Part shown: piece after piece, positions 1-8,950 of the stretch
How positions within the stretch are numbered: position 1 is the first letter of the stretch
Layout of the letters: each line of letters opens with the position of its first letter
Origin: Gemmatimonadota bacterium
Lineage (GTDB): Bacteria; Gemmatimonadota; Gemmatimonadetes; Palauibacterales; Palauibacteraceae
Reading direction: 5' to 3'
NCBI GenBank assembly: GCA_039589195.1
Contig: JBDHHV010000012.1
Span: 1-44,889 of the forward strand
Length of the DNA stretch: 44,889 bases
Notes under the pieces: model-generated
What the model saw: only the letters and a program-made list of their open reading frames with translations
The model's database searches: none
Told to the model about the DNA's origin: nothing
Program-made: the position numbers and the translations under genes

Positions 1-65
1 CACAGACCACCGAGGCATATACACACCTGGTGCGCGACGACCTTGAGGCGCTGCAGTCGGCGTGA
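1..65 (+). CDS. 3' end of a tyrosine recombinase/phage-type integrase gene (partial, C-terminus only)
   Basis: Frame 3 from nt 3 reads QTTEAYTHLVRDDLEALQSA then stops at TGA 63-65. The TT-x-x-YTH-L/V motif is the conserved catalytic-tyrosine box (LGH...TTqiYTHV) of XerC/XerD and phage integrases. Only 21 codons are visible. Confidence 0.5.
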   Translation, partial: QTTEAYTHLVRDDLEALQSA

Positions 66-151
66 TGGTAACGGTGGGTAACGAAACGCCGCAGACAGGT
101 GCAGATTGGTGCAGCCTCCTGCAGAAGCGAAGAGGAGAAAAGCCGCTCCAT

Positions 152-255
152 GCCGGAGAATCCCAGTCAGGCGCAGACCTGCGCAGATTCCCCCGAGAAA
201 ACTCAAAATCCGGTGGGGAGCAATCCCCTTGAGGGTTCAAGTCCCTCCTCCGGCA
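152..255 (+). tRNA. tRNA-like element with a canonical T-arm, a variable-arm-like hairpin and an acceptor 3' strand; possibly a class-II tRNA pseudogene or a 3'-tRNA att-site remnant (see findings)
   Basis: GAGGG-TTCAAGT-CCCTC at 231-247 is a perfect 5-bp T-stem with a 7-nt T-loop. It is followed by CTCCGGC (248-254), the discriminator A (255) and no encoded CCA. GGGGA-GCAA-TCCCC at 215-228 looks like a long variable arm. GCCGGAG at 152-158 is exactly complementary to the acceptor 3' strand. However, no 5-bp/7-nt anticodon arm, U8 or canonical D-arm could be found in 159-214, and 104 nt is too long for a normal tRNA. Confidence 0.35.
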
Positions 256-441
256 TAGGCCTCCGAAAAGCGATCCACGCGGGTCTATCGATTCTCGGTG
301 CCGAAGCGCCTGCGTGAGCGCGAGCCACCGCCCGCCGGCAACGGACTCCCAAACGGTCCTTGAAGACTTGAAGTTGACGTGAACACCACGAGCCTCGATC
401 GTCATGCTCCGGCTCGGGTTCGTCCGGCGAGAGGCTCCCTG

Positions 442-2013
442 ATGCGGCGTGGTGGTTTTCGTAGCGTGACCCTCCTTCTCTTCGTTGCCCTCGTCCTTGG
501 GTGCGGCGGCGCATCTGGGGATCCAGGCCGGAGCTCGACGATGACCGTCCTGGTGGATGGCAAAGGCCCCGCCCTGATGCGCCTCTACGCCCTGAAGTAC
601 CTGCTCTTTCTCCCGCTGGGGTATACGATGGGACTCGAGATGACCCCCCGTCTCGCTGAATCGTGGGAGCGCTCCCCCGACTACCGCACCTGGACGATTC
701 ACTTGCGCGACGACGTGCGGTGGCACGACGGAGTACCGGTAACGGCACACGATGTGGCCTTCAGCCTCGAGTTGTTTCGTCATCCCGATGTGCTCCTCCC
801 CGGGGCAGGCTCGGTCGATTCAACGCGGGTGCTGGATGACCACACGATCGTGTTCTTCATGCCCGAGCCCATCGGCTCTCCGCCCCTGCTCGGTTGGACC
901 GTCTACTTTCCAGAGCATCTGCTCCACGACCTCGACCCCGCGGATTTCTATGAATGGGATTTCTGGAGGCATCCGGTCGGGAACGGCCCGTACCGCCTCG
1001 TGCGACACGTACCGCAGACGATGCTCGAGTTCGAGGCGAACCCCGACTTCTTCGCCGGAGAGCCGCCGATCAAGAAGGTGGTGGCGAAGTTGAGCAGCGC
1101 GAATCCCGTGATCGAGCTCACGAGCGGGGCCGCCGATGTCGCCTCCGACCTTCGGCCGGCCGACTTGCGGAAGCTCGACGCCGATCCCCGGTTCAGGGTC
1201 TACTACCAAAACGACTGGAGCGAAGTGTATCTGGTCTATTTGAACCATCGCCATCCTCTGTTCGACGATGCCAGGGTCCGACGGGCGCTCGGCCACGCGG
1301 TCGACCGAGGAGAGCTATCGCGGCTGCTGAACCTTCCTGAGGAAGTCCCGCTGGTGGGTGGGCTCGGGAATGACGGCGGCGAAGATCCGTATCGCCGTCG
1401 AGGGTGGGATCGGTTTCCGACCTACGATCCCGAGAGGGCGGAACGGCTCCTGGATCAGGCGGGGTGGGCGGACTGCGATGGCGACGGGGTTCGCGAGAGG
1501 GACGGGCGGGAAGCGCGTTTCACGCTTCTGGCTCCGCAGGGAGGATCCCTTGCCGCCGTGGCGCAGGGCGTCTTCCTCCAGGATCAGCTGCGGCGCGTGG
1601 GAGTGGCGGTCGAGATTCGGCAGATGGAGATGACGGTCGTCCGGGAAGCCCTCCGCTCGGGCGAGTTCGAGGCGGGGATCATCTGGGAAGACCAGGATCC
1701 CCACACGATACTCTGGACGTGGTTCGGCGGACCCGCCGACCCGGGCGACCGGACGGGGAATGAGCCGGTTCGCTTCGGATATCACGATGCGGAGGCCGCG
1801 TCTCTCCTCGAGGTCATCCTTGCGACGCCGGATCCCGCCGGGCGGGACACGCTCTACGCTCGATTCAACGAGATCCTCCGCCGTGACGCACCGGTCATGA
1901 TCCTCTTCCCTGGCGTGTATCGGTACGTGGCCCACCGACGAATCCGCGGATTCCGTCCAGGCTGGGATTGGCTCAATCACCCGCAGGAACTCTGGATCGA
2001 AGACGAACCGTGA
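442..2013 (+). CDS. ABC transporter substrate-binding protein, family 5 (peptide/nickel/opine type, DppA/OppA-like), lipoprotein
   Basis: ORF 379..2013; the internal ATG at 442 gives the signal peptide MRRGGFRSVTLLLFVALVLGCGGASG with a lipobox. Family-5 SBP signatures include YTMGLEMTPRLAESWERSPDYRTWTIHLRDDVRWHDG and PVTAHDVAFSL. No permease or ATPase genes are adjacent. Confidence 0.85.
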   Translation: MRRGGFRSVTLLLFVALVLGCGGASGDPGRSSTMTVLVDGKGPALMRLYALKYLLFLPLGYTMGLEMTPRLAESWERSPDYRTWTIHLRDDVRWHDGVPVTAHDVAFSLELFRHPDVLLPGAGSVDSTRVLDDHTIVFFMPEPIGSPPLLGWTVYFPEHLLHDLDPADFYEWDFWRHPVGNGPYRLVRHVPQTMLEFEANPDFFAGEPPIKKVVAKLSSANPVIELTSGAADVASDLRPADLRKLDADPRFRVYYQNDWSEVYLVYLNHRHPLFDDARVRRALGHAVDRGELSRLLNLPEEVPLVGGLGNDGGEDPYRRRGWDRFPTYDPERAERLLDQAGWADCDGDGVRERDGREARFTLLAPQGGSLAAVAQGVFLQDQLRRVGVAVEIRQMEMTVVREALRSGEFEAGIIWEDQDPHTILWTWFGGPADPGDRTGNEPVRFGYHDAEAASLLEVILATPDPAGRDTLYARFNEILRRDAPVMILFPGVYRYVAHRRIRGFRPGWDWLNHPQELWIEDEP

Positions 2014-2069
2014 GGTTCCAGGCCACACCGAGCATGGTAGGGAAGCAGATGCGCCGACCACGGCGACGA

Positions 2070-2089
2070 GGAGATCGTGACCGATCTCC
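2070..2089. terminator. Hairpin between convergent genes (GGAGATCG-tgac-CGATCTCC), candidate bidirectional terminator
   Basis: Perfect 8-bp inverted repeat with a 4-nt loop lying between the SBP stop (2013) and the PQQ-dehydrogenase stop (2099). No U-tract. Confidence 0.35.
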
Positions 2090-2098
2090 GGGGTTCAC

Positions 2099-3229
2099 TC
2101 AGGGAAGGTCTCCCCCGGGCAACAGCTGGATGATCCGCCCCGAATCGGACGGATTCGGGCTCCCGGCATCCACCGAGATCAACAGCTTGCCGCTCGGAAG
2201 CTGCGCGACATCACGGACCCGCCCGACATTCCTGAGCACGATCTCCGTCTCGTCGGTGGCCGGGTCGTAGCGGAGCAGGTGCTGAGGATTGAGGGCGCCC
2301 AACAAGAACGAACCGGTCCAGGACGGGACCTGGCTGCCCTCGACGAGGAGCAGTCCCGACGGTGCGACGCGGAAGTCCGGACCCCAGAACTTGGCCGGAA
2401 GGATCGACACGGCGGCGGCTTCCTCTTCCGTCATGTCCGATACGGGCGTTCCGTCGTAGTTGAGCCCGTAGGAGAACAGCGGCCATCCGTAGTTGCCTCC
2501 CGCGGTGATGATGTTCAGTTCGTCGCCGCCCATGGGACCGTGCTCACTCTCGTACAGCGTCTGCTGCACGGCATCGTAGTGGAGCCCCTGGGGGTTTCGA
2601 TGACCGTACGACCAGATGGTCGAGGGTTCGGATGCCCCCGGGAGCAGCGGATTGTCCGGCGGGATCCGCCCATCGGCGGTGAGTCGGTGGATCTTTCCCA
2701 TGTCGGAGCCGAGATCCTGGGGGCCCGGGACAGGGTAGGGACTGCCTCCCACGCCGAAAGACAGGAAGAAGTGGGACGCGTCCTCCCAGGCGATTCTCGA
2801 GCCGATCGAGAAGTCGTCCGATTCGTAGATCACTTCCAGGTTCCGGGCCCGGTCGTCGCGGAGCTCGAAGCGCGCGACCGCCAGGCCAAATGCCGCGTCG
2901 TTGTACGCGATGTAGACCAGCCGGTTGTCCTCGAAACCGGGATGAAGGCTGACGTCCAGCAGGCCACCGAACCGGCCCGCGTCGACGGTCCTGGAGGCCG
3001 GGATGCCACCGACCTCGGTCACTTCGCCGCCCACGTAGTGATGGAGCGTCCCACTTCGCTCGGCGAAGAGGAACTCCTCCTCGCCGATGACCGCGATCCC
3101 GTCAGGAATCCCATACCCGGACGCGAGGACCCCAGGTTGTGTGATCCCGTCGGGTTCCGTGATCCCGTCGTCGGGGGCGAGGGGCTCGCCCGCTTGGCAG
3201 GACGAAAGCAGCGAGAGCCCGACGGCCAT
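2099..3229 (-). CDS. PQQ-dependent soluble sugar (glucose/sorbosone) dehydrogenase family beta-propeller lipoprotein (YliI/Asd-like)
   Basis: ORF 2099..3301 on the minus strand. The internal Met at 3229 gives the lipoprotein signal MAVGLSLLSSCQAG. Motifs GYGIPDG, LHPGFEDNRLVYIAY, HRNPQGL and GPMGGDELN..GGNYGWP are typical of the GSDH family. Confidence 0.85.
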   Translation of the reverse strand: MAVGLSLLSSCQAGEPLAPDDGITEPDGITQPGVLASGYGIPDGIAVIGEEEFLFAERSGTLHHYVGGEVTEVGGIPASRTVDAGRFGGLLDVSLHPGFEDNRLVYIAYNDAAFGLAVARFELRDDRARNLEVIYESDDFSIGSRIAWEDASHFFLSFGVGGSPYPVPGPQDLGSDMGKIHRLTADGRIPPDNPLLPGASEPSTIWSYGHRNPQGLHYDAVQQTLYESEHGPMGGDELNIITAGGNYGWPLFSYGLNYDGTPVSDMTEEEAAAVSILPAKFWGPDFRVAPSGLLLVEGSQVPSWTGSFLLGALNPQHLLRYDPATDETEIVLRNVGRVRDVAQLPSGKLLISVDAGSPNPSDSGRIIQLLPGGDLP

Positions 3230-3766
3230 CGGCCCCAGATGCTTTCTGATCACGTTCGTGATTCCCCTATGACCCCCGGCCGATACCGCTTGACCACCCA
3301 TTTCTGCACAGCCTGCCGAAAAACGTCACATCTTGGAGCGCCTGAGGCATCCGAGCGCCTACGTCGCTCCCGGCGCGCAGGCAGAGAGCGTGCACAACAC
3401 ATCTCGCTGTGACTCCACGGCTGCCCTCCCCACACCGAATGCGTAACCCGAGCACGTTGCGCAGTTCCGGAGCTTCATTGGGCAGAAGCCCGCTGCGCTC
3501 GCACCACGAGCTCCTCCTCCGGCATCCCTCAACCACGCAGCGTTTAGAATCCCGCCCCCTGAGCGACTCGTCAGGCACTGCCCGTGCCGACTCCCGTCTC
3601 ACGCAGGAATCGTAGGACCTCCTCGGGGTGCGATCCGTTCGTTGCGTTCCTTCCGTCGGGGACAACTCGGTGACAAACTGAGGGTCAGGTACGGCCATCT
3701 GGGGTCACGTCGAGTGCCGGGACCGGTAAACAGAATGGCCCACGATCGAGTCATGCGAGGAGCCCA

Positions 3767-4225
3767 GTGACATACCTACTCCGCACGCTCAACAATCCTT
3801 CGCACCGTGCTGATCTTTTCGATCGCCTCGCGGGCCTGGATCCCGGCCACCCGCCACGGTGGGGGCGGCTGACGGCGCCGCGTATGCTCTCGCACCTTTG
3901 CGATCAGATGCGGATGATGCTCCGCCACGAGTCGTGCGCGCCCATACCGAGCCCCGCTAACTACCCGGTCCTTCGTGAGCTCTTCCTCTACGTCCTGCCG
4001 TGGCCGAAGAGCCGTATCGTGGGACCGCCGGAGGCGTTCCAGGCCGACCCTGTCGCGTGGGCCGAGGATCTGGCCACCCTCGCCGAGCTGGTCGACCAAT
4101 TCCTGGGTCTCGATCCGGATCGAGACTGGCCGGACCATCCGCACTTCGGACGAATGAACCAGCGGGCCTGGGCGGCCTTCAGCTACAAACACTTCGACCA
4201 CCACCTGCGGCAGTTCGGCGCTTGA
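3767..4225 (+). CDS. DUF1569 (DinB_2-like) family hypothetical protein
   Basis: GTG start at 3767 preceded by GAGGAG at about 3756-3761. The C-terminus HPHFGRMNQRAWAAFSYKHFDHHLRQFG resembles the conserved DUF1569 C-terminal motif. 152 aa. Confidence 0.5.
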   Translation: MTYLLRTLNNPSHRADLFDRLAGLDPGHPPRWGRLTAPRMLSHLCDQMRMMLRHESCAPIPSPANYPVLRELFLYVLPWPKSRIVGPPEAFQADPVAWAEDLATLAELVDQFLGLDPDRDWPDHPHFGRMNQRAWAAFSYKHFDHHLRQFGA

Positions 4226-4246
4226 GTCTGCTTCGTATCGGGGCGC

Positions 4247-5266
4247 TCAGGGGGCGGCCGCATACACGCTGTCGATGAACCCACTCTCGTCCAGCTCGCG
4301 CAGCAGGCTGTCGTCGTAGAAGTCCTCGGCCGTGCGCGTCCGCATCTCGTGCGAGTCGTAGACCTCCATCGTCAGCCTGATTCCGTCGTAGCACGGATAC
4401 GGCTTTCGGGGGATGGCCGCCCCGCCCTCGTACACCGTCTCGGCGTACGCGCGATCGGTGATGCCGTGCCACTTCTCGAGCACCTGGAGGGCTAGCTCGC
4501 GGTCCCGGTGGAAGAGCGCGATCCCCTCGACCGTGGCCTGGAGGAAGCGGCGAGCCGCGTCGCGATTCGCTTCGTCCTCGAGCCAGGCAGGCTCGACCCG
4601 TACGCTGTTGCCTGCGACCGGAACGTTCCACGCGCGGGTGTCCGTCAGGATCGGATAACCCTCCTGGCGCGCCTCCGCGAGCCTGCGCTCGCTTGCGACG
4701 ATGGCGTCCACTCGGCCCTCTCGCAGCGCCTCGACGTCGCGACCGTTCGTCATGATGGAAATGTCGTGCACGGGGTCCCAACCCATTCGCTCCGCGAGCA
4801 GCAGGGCGACGAACCCGGTGGTCGTGTGCGTGCCCGAGGAAATGCCCAGACGCTTCCCCTCGAGGTCTTCCAGACGCTCGATTCCCGGGCGCCCCACGAT
4901 GTGCGCACGGACGACGCAGTCGGTCGACGCGATAACGATCAGGGGCCGCGCACGCGCATTGGTGGCCATAGCGACCATGTGCGGAGTCGCGCCATCCACG
5001 CTGATGTCCGCGCGCGTCGGTCTGGGGAATCCGACATTGATTCCACCCTCGAAGTCGGGAGCGGGCATCCAGAGCTCCACGTCCAGGCCGTACTTTTGGT
5101 ACAGGCCCCGATCCGCCGCGATCACGAACGGGAGCTTGCTCACGGATCTGGCTCCCAGCTCGACTCGCAGCGGAATCAGATCGCTCCGCCCGCACGCGAG
5201 AACCGCCGCACACAGGCACAAGAGCCCGCTCCGAACGATCACGTGTTTACTCGCACGGGACGTCAT
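4247..5266 (-). CDS. NMT1/THI5-like (SsuA/TauA-type) periplasmic substrate-binding protein, orphan
   Basis: ORF 4247..5485; the internal Met at 5266 gives the signal MTSRASKHVIVRSGLLCLCAAVLACG. Fold-typical SsuA/NMT1 segments include LGISSGTHTTTGFVALLLAERMGWDP. No ABC partner genes nearby. Confidence 0.75.
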   Translation of the reverse strand: MTSRASKHVIVRSGLLCLCAAVLACGRSDLIPLRVELGARSVSKLPFVIAADRGLYQKYGLDVELWMPAPDFEGGINVGFPRPTRADISVDGATPHMVAMATNARARPLIVIASTDCVVRAHIVGRPGIERLEDLEGKRLGISSGTHTTTGFVALLLAERMGWDPVHDISIMTNGRDVEALREGRVDAIVASERRLAEARQEGYPILTDTRAWNVPVAGNSVRVEPAWLEDEANRDAARRFLQATVEGIALFHRDRELALQVLEKWHGITDRAYAETVYEGGAAIPRKPYPCYDGIRLTMEVYDSHEMRTRTAEDFYDDSLLRELDESGFIDSVYAAAP

Positions 5267-5475
5267 GACTGTCTCCAGGTTGAAGCGGGCACCAGGGTGC
5301 GACGTACGCGAAAGAGGAGCGCGAGCCCCGCCCGCGTGCAAGACCCTCGAACCGGGCGGCCGGTATTGCCTTGAGCGCCGGGCGGCACTCAAGTGTTCTG
5401 TGAGGATGTGAGCGTCGCCACGACGCTTCGATTCGGTCCTTGCCATTAAGTAATGCCAAAAGAGGAGTTGAGAGG

Positions 5476-8400
5476 ATGTCCACACGCCTCGTCCTCGGGG
5501 TCGTCGCCATGCTCGTCGCGGCCCCCCCCGTGCTGTTCGCCCAGACCCCCGCGGTCGGAGATTCCGCGTTCATGGCCGGCATGAAGTGGCGGTCCATCGG
5601 ACCGGCCAACATGTCCGGCAGAGTCACCGACATCGAGGGGATTCCGGGCACCAAGACGTTCTATGTCGCCGGAGCGACGAGCGGGATCTGGAAGACCATC
5701 AACAACGGGACGACGTTCCGCCCCGTGTTCGATGATCAGCGGGTCATCTCGATGGGTGACCTGGCGATCGCGCCCAGCGATCCGGAGACCGTGTGGGCCG
5801 GCACCGGGGAGGAGGATTCCCGCAACTCGATATCGCCGGGCGGAGGCGTCTACAAGTCCACCGACGGCGGGATGACGTGGGAGCTGATGGGTCTCGAGGA
5901 TACACAGGCCATCGGCCGGATCGTGATCGATCCCAGAGACCGCAACCGCGTGTACGTCGCTGCCCTCGGCCACCCGTGGGGGCACAACGAGGAGCGAGGC
6001 CTGTACCGGACGAAGGACGGTGGCGAGACCTGGGAGCGCGTCCACTACGTGAGCGAGAAGGCCGGGTTCGTCGATATCGCGATGCACCCCGACGATCCGG
6101 ACATCCTGCTCGCGACGAGCTGGGAGCGCGTCCGCGGCCCCTGGTTCCTGGAGAGCGGAGGACCCGGGAGCGCGCTGTGGAAGTCGACCGACGGCGGTGA
6201 CACCTGGACCGAGGTCACCGGCGGAGGCTTGCCGGAGAGCGAGAAGGGCCGCATCGGAATCGCCATCGCGCCCAGCGACCCCGACATCGTCTACGCGCTG
6301 GTCGAGGCCGAGGATCCTGAGTGCCCGGAGGCGGAGTCGGCGGAAGCCGAAGCGGAAGGGGACGAGGCCGAGGAGGCGGAGGGCGAGGCCGAGACGGATG
6401 CCGACCTTTGCTCCGATCTGCACGGCTCCGGTCTGTACCGTTCCGAGGACGGCGGCGAGACGTGGACGTTCATGAACTCGAGCAACACGCGTCCGTTCTA
6501 TTACTCGCAGGTGAGAGTGGACCCGTCCGATCCGGACCGCGTGTTCTGGTCCTCCTTCAACTTCTCGAGGGATGGCGGGGCGACAGTGGGCAACGCCGCG
6601 GTCGGTGTCCATGTCGACCACCACGCCATGTGGTGGGACTCGTCCGATCCCGATCACATCATCGTCGGTAACGACGGGGGGATCGCGATCTCGTGGGACA
6701 GGGGCGGCAACTACGACTTCGTGAACACGATCCCCATGGGGCAGTTCTATGCCGTCAGCTACAACATGGACGTGCCGTACCGGGTGTGCGGTGGTCTCCA
6801 GGACAACTACACCTGGTGCGGTCCTAGCCGCCGAGCCGACGGCGAGATCGACAATCACATGTGGTACTCGATCGGGGGTGGCGACGGTTTCTACGCCCCA
6901 CAGGATCCGACCAACCCGGACATCGTGTTCGGAGAGTCCCAGCAGGGGCGGATCTACTGGAGAAACACCGCAACCGGGGAGCGGCATTCTCTGCAGGCTC
7001 CAAACTGGCGCGAGAAGACAAAGGCCCTCCGGGACTCGATCGCGGTCCTCGAGGGAGACGACCCGGAGAACGTCTCGGCGGATGTTCAGGCGCGCATCGA
7101 TCAGTCCCGGCAACGCGTGCGGGCCGACTCCGCCCAGTACGATCTTCGCTTCAACTGGAACACGCCCCTCCAGCTCTCTCCGCACGACCCGCAGACGCTG
7201 TACATCGGATCGAACAAGGTCCTCAAGTGGACCTACGACTCCGACGAGATGGAGCCGTTGTCGGGAGATCTCACGTACGCGGACCCGGAGAAGATCGAAG
7301 TCGCGTACGGGACCACCGGAGGAATCACCCGGGATGTGACCGGCGCCGAGAACTACGCGACGATCGTCGCGCTGGCCGAGTCTCCGATCACGGAGGGCGA
7401 GCTGTACGCCGGGACGGATGACGGGCGCGTATGGCGCGGCCCCGGCGGCGGCGAATGGATCGAGCTGACCGACCGTTTCGAAGGCGTTCCGCCCAACACC
7501 TATGTGAGCCGGATCGAGCCTTCGAGCCACAACGCCCGCCGGTTCTACGTGACCTTCGACGGCCACCGGCAGGACGACTACACGCCGTACGTGTACGTCA
7601 CGGACGACGGCGGCGAGAGCTTCCGGTCGATCGCGTCGAATCTGCCGACGGGAGCCCCCGACTTCGTGCACGTGATCCGCGAAGATCCCGAAAACCCCGA
7701 TCTCCTGTTCGTGGGGACGGATGTTGGCGTCTACGTATCGACCGATCGCGGTGGGTCGTGGACCAGGTTCATGAACGGGCTCCCGACGGTTCCGGTGCAC
7801 GACCTCAAGATCCACCCGCGCGAGCACGAGCTGATCGCAGGGACGCATGGCCGCTCGATCTGGGTTGCCGACATCGCACCGCTCCAACAGCTGGCCGACG
7901 GCACGCTGCCGGCCTCACCGACCGTGTTCGCCATGAAGACCGCGATCCAATTCGGCGACGTCCCGAGCGGCGGCGAGTTCATCGCACAGAGGTTCTTCCA
8001 GGGCGAGAGCGCGGAGTATGGCGCGGAGATCACCTACTGGGTGCCGGAGAGCGTGGCCGACGAGCTGGCGGAGGAGGCACGCGAGCGGATGGCTGCGGAG
8101 CGTGAGCAGGGTGAGGAGGAGGCCGAGCCGGGCGAAGGTCAACCCGAAGCTGGTCGCCAGGCCGCGGGGGCACCCACGGCACAGGGGAGGGGAGGGCGAC
8201 AGCCGGGACCGCGCGCGCAGATCGCGATCCTGGACGCGGCCGGCGATACGGTCCAGACCCTCACCGGGCCGACAGGTGCGGGCCTGAACCGCGTGCACTG
8301 GAACCTGCAGAAGCGATCCGAGCCGGAGGAGCAGTCACCCTCGGAGCGGGCCGACAGCCTTCGGAATATCCGTCTGTACGGGGAGGTCGGAGACTCGTTG

Positions 8401-8868
8401 GTGACGCACGAGGGGGCGGACCGAGCGCTTGTCGACCGGGTGATCGAGCTGGCGACGGGTGGGGATCCACAGGCGCTGCGTCGCATGTTCGGTGGCGGCG
8501 GTAGCGGGCGTGGAGCGGGAGCGGGTGCGGGTTGGCGCGAGCGCCCGGGTGAGAGCTATCCGGAGGCTGCGGCAGCCGGTGCGGCGGTCGGTCGTGCGGC
8601 TAGCCCGCGCGGTGCGGGTGGTCCTGGCGGCGCAGGCGGCTTCGATCCGGGCGAGATGCGCGACATGTTCCTGGACATTCGATCGGGGATGCGGGCCCGA
8701 GGGGCCAACGTTGGCGGCTTCCGCGGTTTCGGTGGTGGCGGTGGATCGCTTGCCGCACCGGGCACCTACACGGTCGCCGTCACGATCGGTGACGAGACGT
8801 ACACGACCCAGGTCGAAGTGGCACGGAAGGATGGCTTCGGTTTCTGGGACGAGGGCGACTCGGACTGA
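5476..8868 (+). CDS. Large secreted BNR/Asp-box repeat beta-propeller protein (sortilin/Vps10-like; commonly annotated as glycosyl hydrolase BNR repeat protein) with disordered inserts
   Basis: ATG 5476 after AGGAG; signal peptide MSTRLVLGVVAMLVAAPPVLFAQ. Asp-box motifs (S-x-D-x-G-x-T-W) recur: KSTDGGMTW, RTKDGGETW, KSTDGGDTW, RSEDGGETW, STDRGGSW. There is an acidic insert at about 6300-6415 and a Gly/Ala/Arg-rich segment at about 8310-8760. Confidence 0.8.
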   Translation: MSTRLVLGVVAMLVAAPPVLFAQTPAVGDSAFMAGMKWRSIGPANMSGRVTDIEGIPGTKTFYVAGATSGIWKTINNGTTFRPVFDDQRVISMGDLAIAPSDPETVWAGTGEEDSRNSISPGGGVYKSTDGGMTWELMGLEDTQAIGRIVIDPRDRNRVYVAALGHPWGHNEERGLYRTKDGGETWERVHYVSEKAGFVDIAMHPDDPDILLATSWERVRGPWFLESGGPGSALWKSTDGGDTWTEVTGGGLPESEKGRIGIAIAPSDPDIVYALVEAEDPECPEAESAEAEAEGDEAEEAEGEAETDADLCSDLHGSGLYRSEDGGETWTFMNSSNTRPFYYSQVRVDPSDPDRVFWSSFNFSRDGGATVGNAAVGVHVDHHAMWWDSSDPDHIIVGNDGGIAISWDRGGNYDFVNTIPMGQFYAVSYNMDVPYRVCGGLQDNYTWCGPSRRADGEIDNHMWYSIGGGDGFYAPQDPTNPDIVFGESQQGRIYWRNTATGERHSLQAPNWREKTKALRDSIAVLEGDDPENVSADVQARIDQSRQRVRADSAQYDLRFNWNTPLQLSPHDPQTLYIGSNKVLKWTYDSDEMEPLSGDLTYADPEKIEVAYGTTGGITRDVTGAENYATIVALAESPITEGELYAGTDDGRVWRGPGGGEWIELTDRFEGVPPNTYVSRIEPSSHNARRFYVTFDGHRQDDYTPYVYVTDDGGESFRSIASNLPTGAPDFVHVIREDPENPDLLFVGTDVGVYVSTDRGGSWTRFMNGLPTVPVHDLKIHPREHELIAGTHGRSIWVADIAPLQQLADGTLPASPTVFAMKTAIQFGDVPSGGEFIAQRFFQGESAEYGAEITYWVPESVADELAEEARERMAAEREQGEEEAEPGEGQPEAGRQAAGAPTAQGRGGRQPGPRAQIAILDAAGDTVQTLTGPTGAGLNRVHWNLQKRSEPEEQSPSERADSLRNIRLYGEVGDSLVTHEGADRALVDRVIELATGGDPQALRRMFGGGGSGRGAGAGAGWRERPGESYPEAAAAGAAVGRAASPRGAGGPGGAGGFDPGEMRDMFLDIRSGMRARGANVGGFRGFGGGGGSLAAPGTYTVAVTIGDETYTTQVEVARKDGFGFWDEGDSD

Positions 8869-8950
8869 GACCTCATTAACACCCGGACGTCTCGACCTGT
8901 CCCCTAGGGTGATCGGAGGGTGAGAACACCAATCACCAGGAGCTAAGGCG

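Noticed and set aside
1-255. tmRNA (ssrA) interpretation of the T-arm/acceptor module
   Set aside because: A tmRNA would need about 350 nt upstream of the acceptor 3' strand, which would overlap the recombinase coding sequence. No GGGG 5' end and no ...ALAA-type tag reading frame are present; the EALQSA* frame belongs to the integrase C-terminus.
152-255. Complete functional tRNA (including tRNA-Sec with an 8-bp acceptor stem)
   Set aside because: An exhaustive manual scan of 159-214 found no 5-bp stem with a 7-nt loop anticodon arm and no D-arm; U8 is absent; 104 nt is too long. Kept only as a tRNA-like element or remnant.
99-317. 72-aa ORF MQIGAASCRSEEEK... spanning the tRNA-like element
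   Set aside because: Overlaps an evident structured RNA-like element, has no RBS or family resemblance, and is Ser/Pro/Gly-rich.
379-441. N-terminal extensions suggested by the ORF track for several genes (379-441, 3230-3301, 5267-5485, 5440-5475, 15177-15353, 16410-16580, 28628-28846, 30662-30811, 37763-37855, 41329-41463)
   Set aside because: Internal start codons give canonical signal peptides or lipoboxes, are preceded by RBS-like purine tracts, or remove impossible overlaps with neighbouring genes. The extensions encode Arg/Pro-rich non-protein-like sequence.
8480-8760. GGN-rich triplet repeats as a noncoding tandem repeat or CRISPR-like array
   Set aside because: They lie in frame inside the BNR protein ORF and encode a Gly/Ala-rich linker. 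There is no repeat-spacer periodicity.
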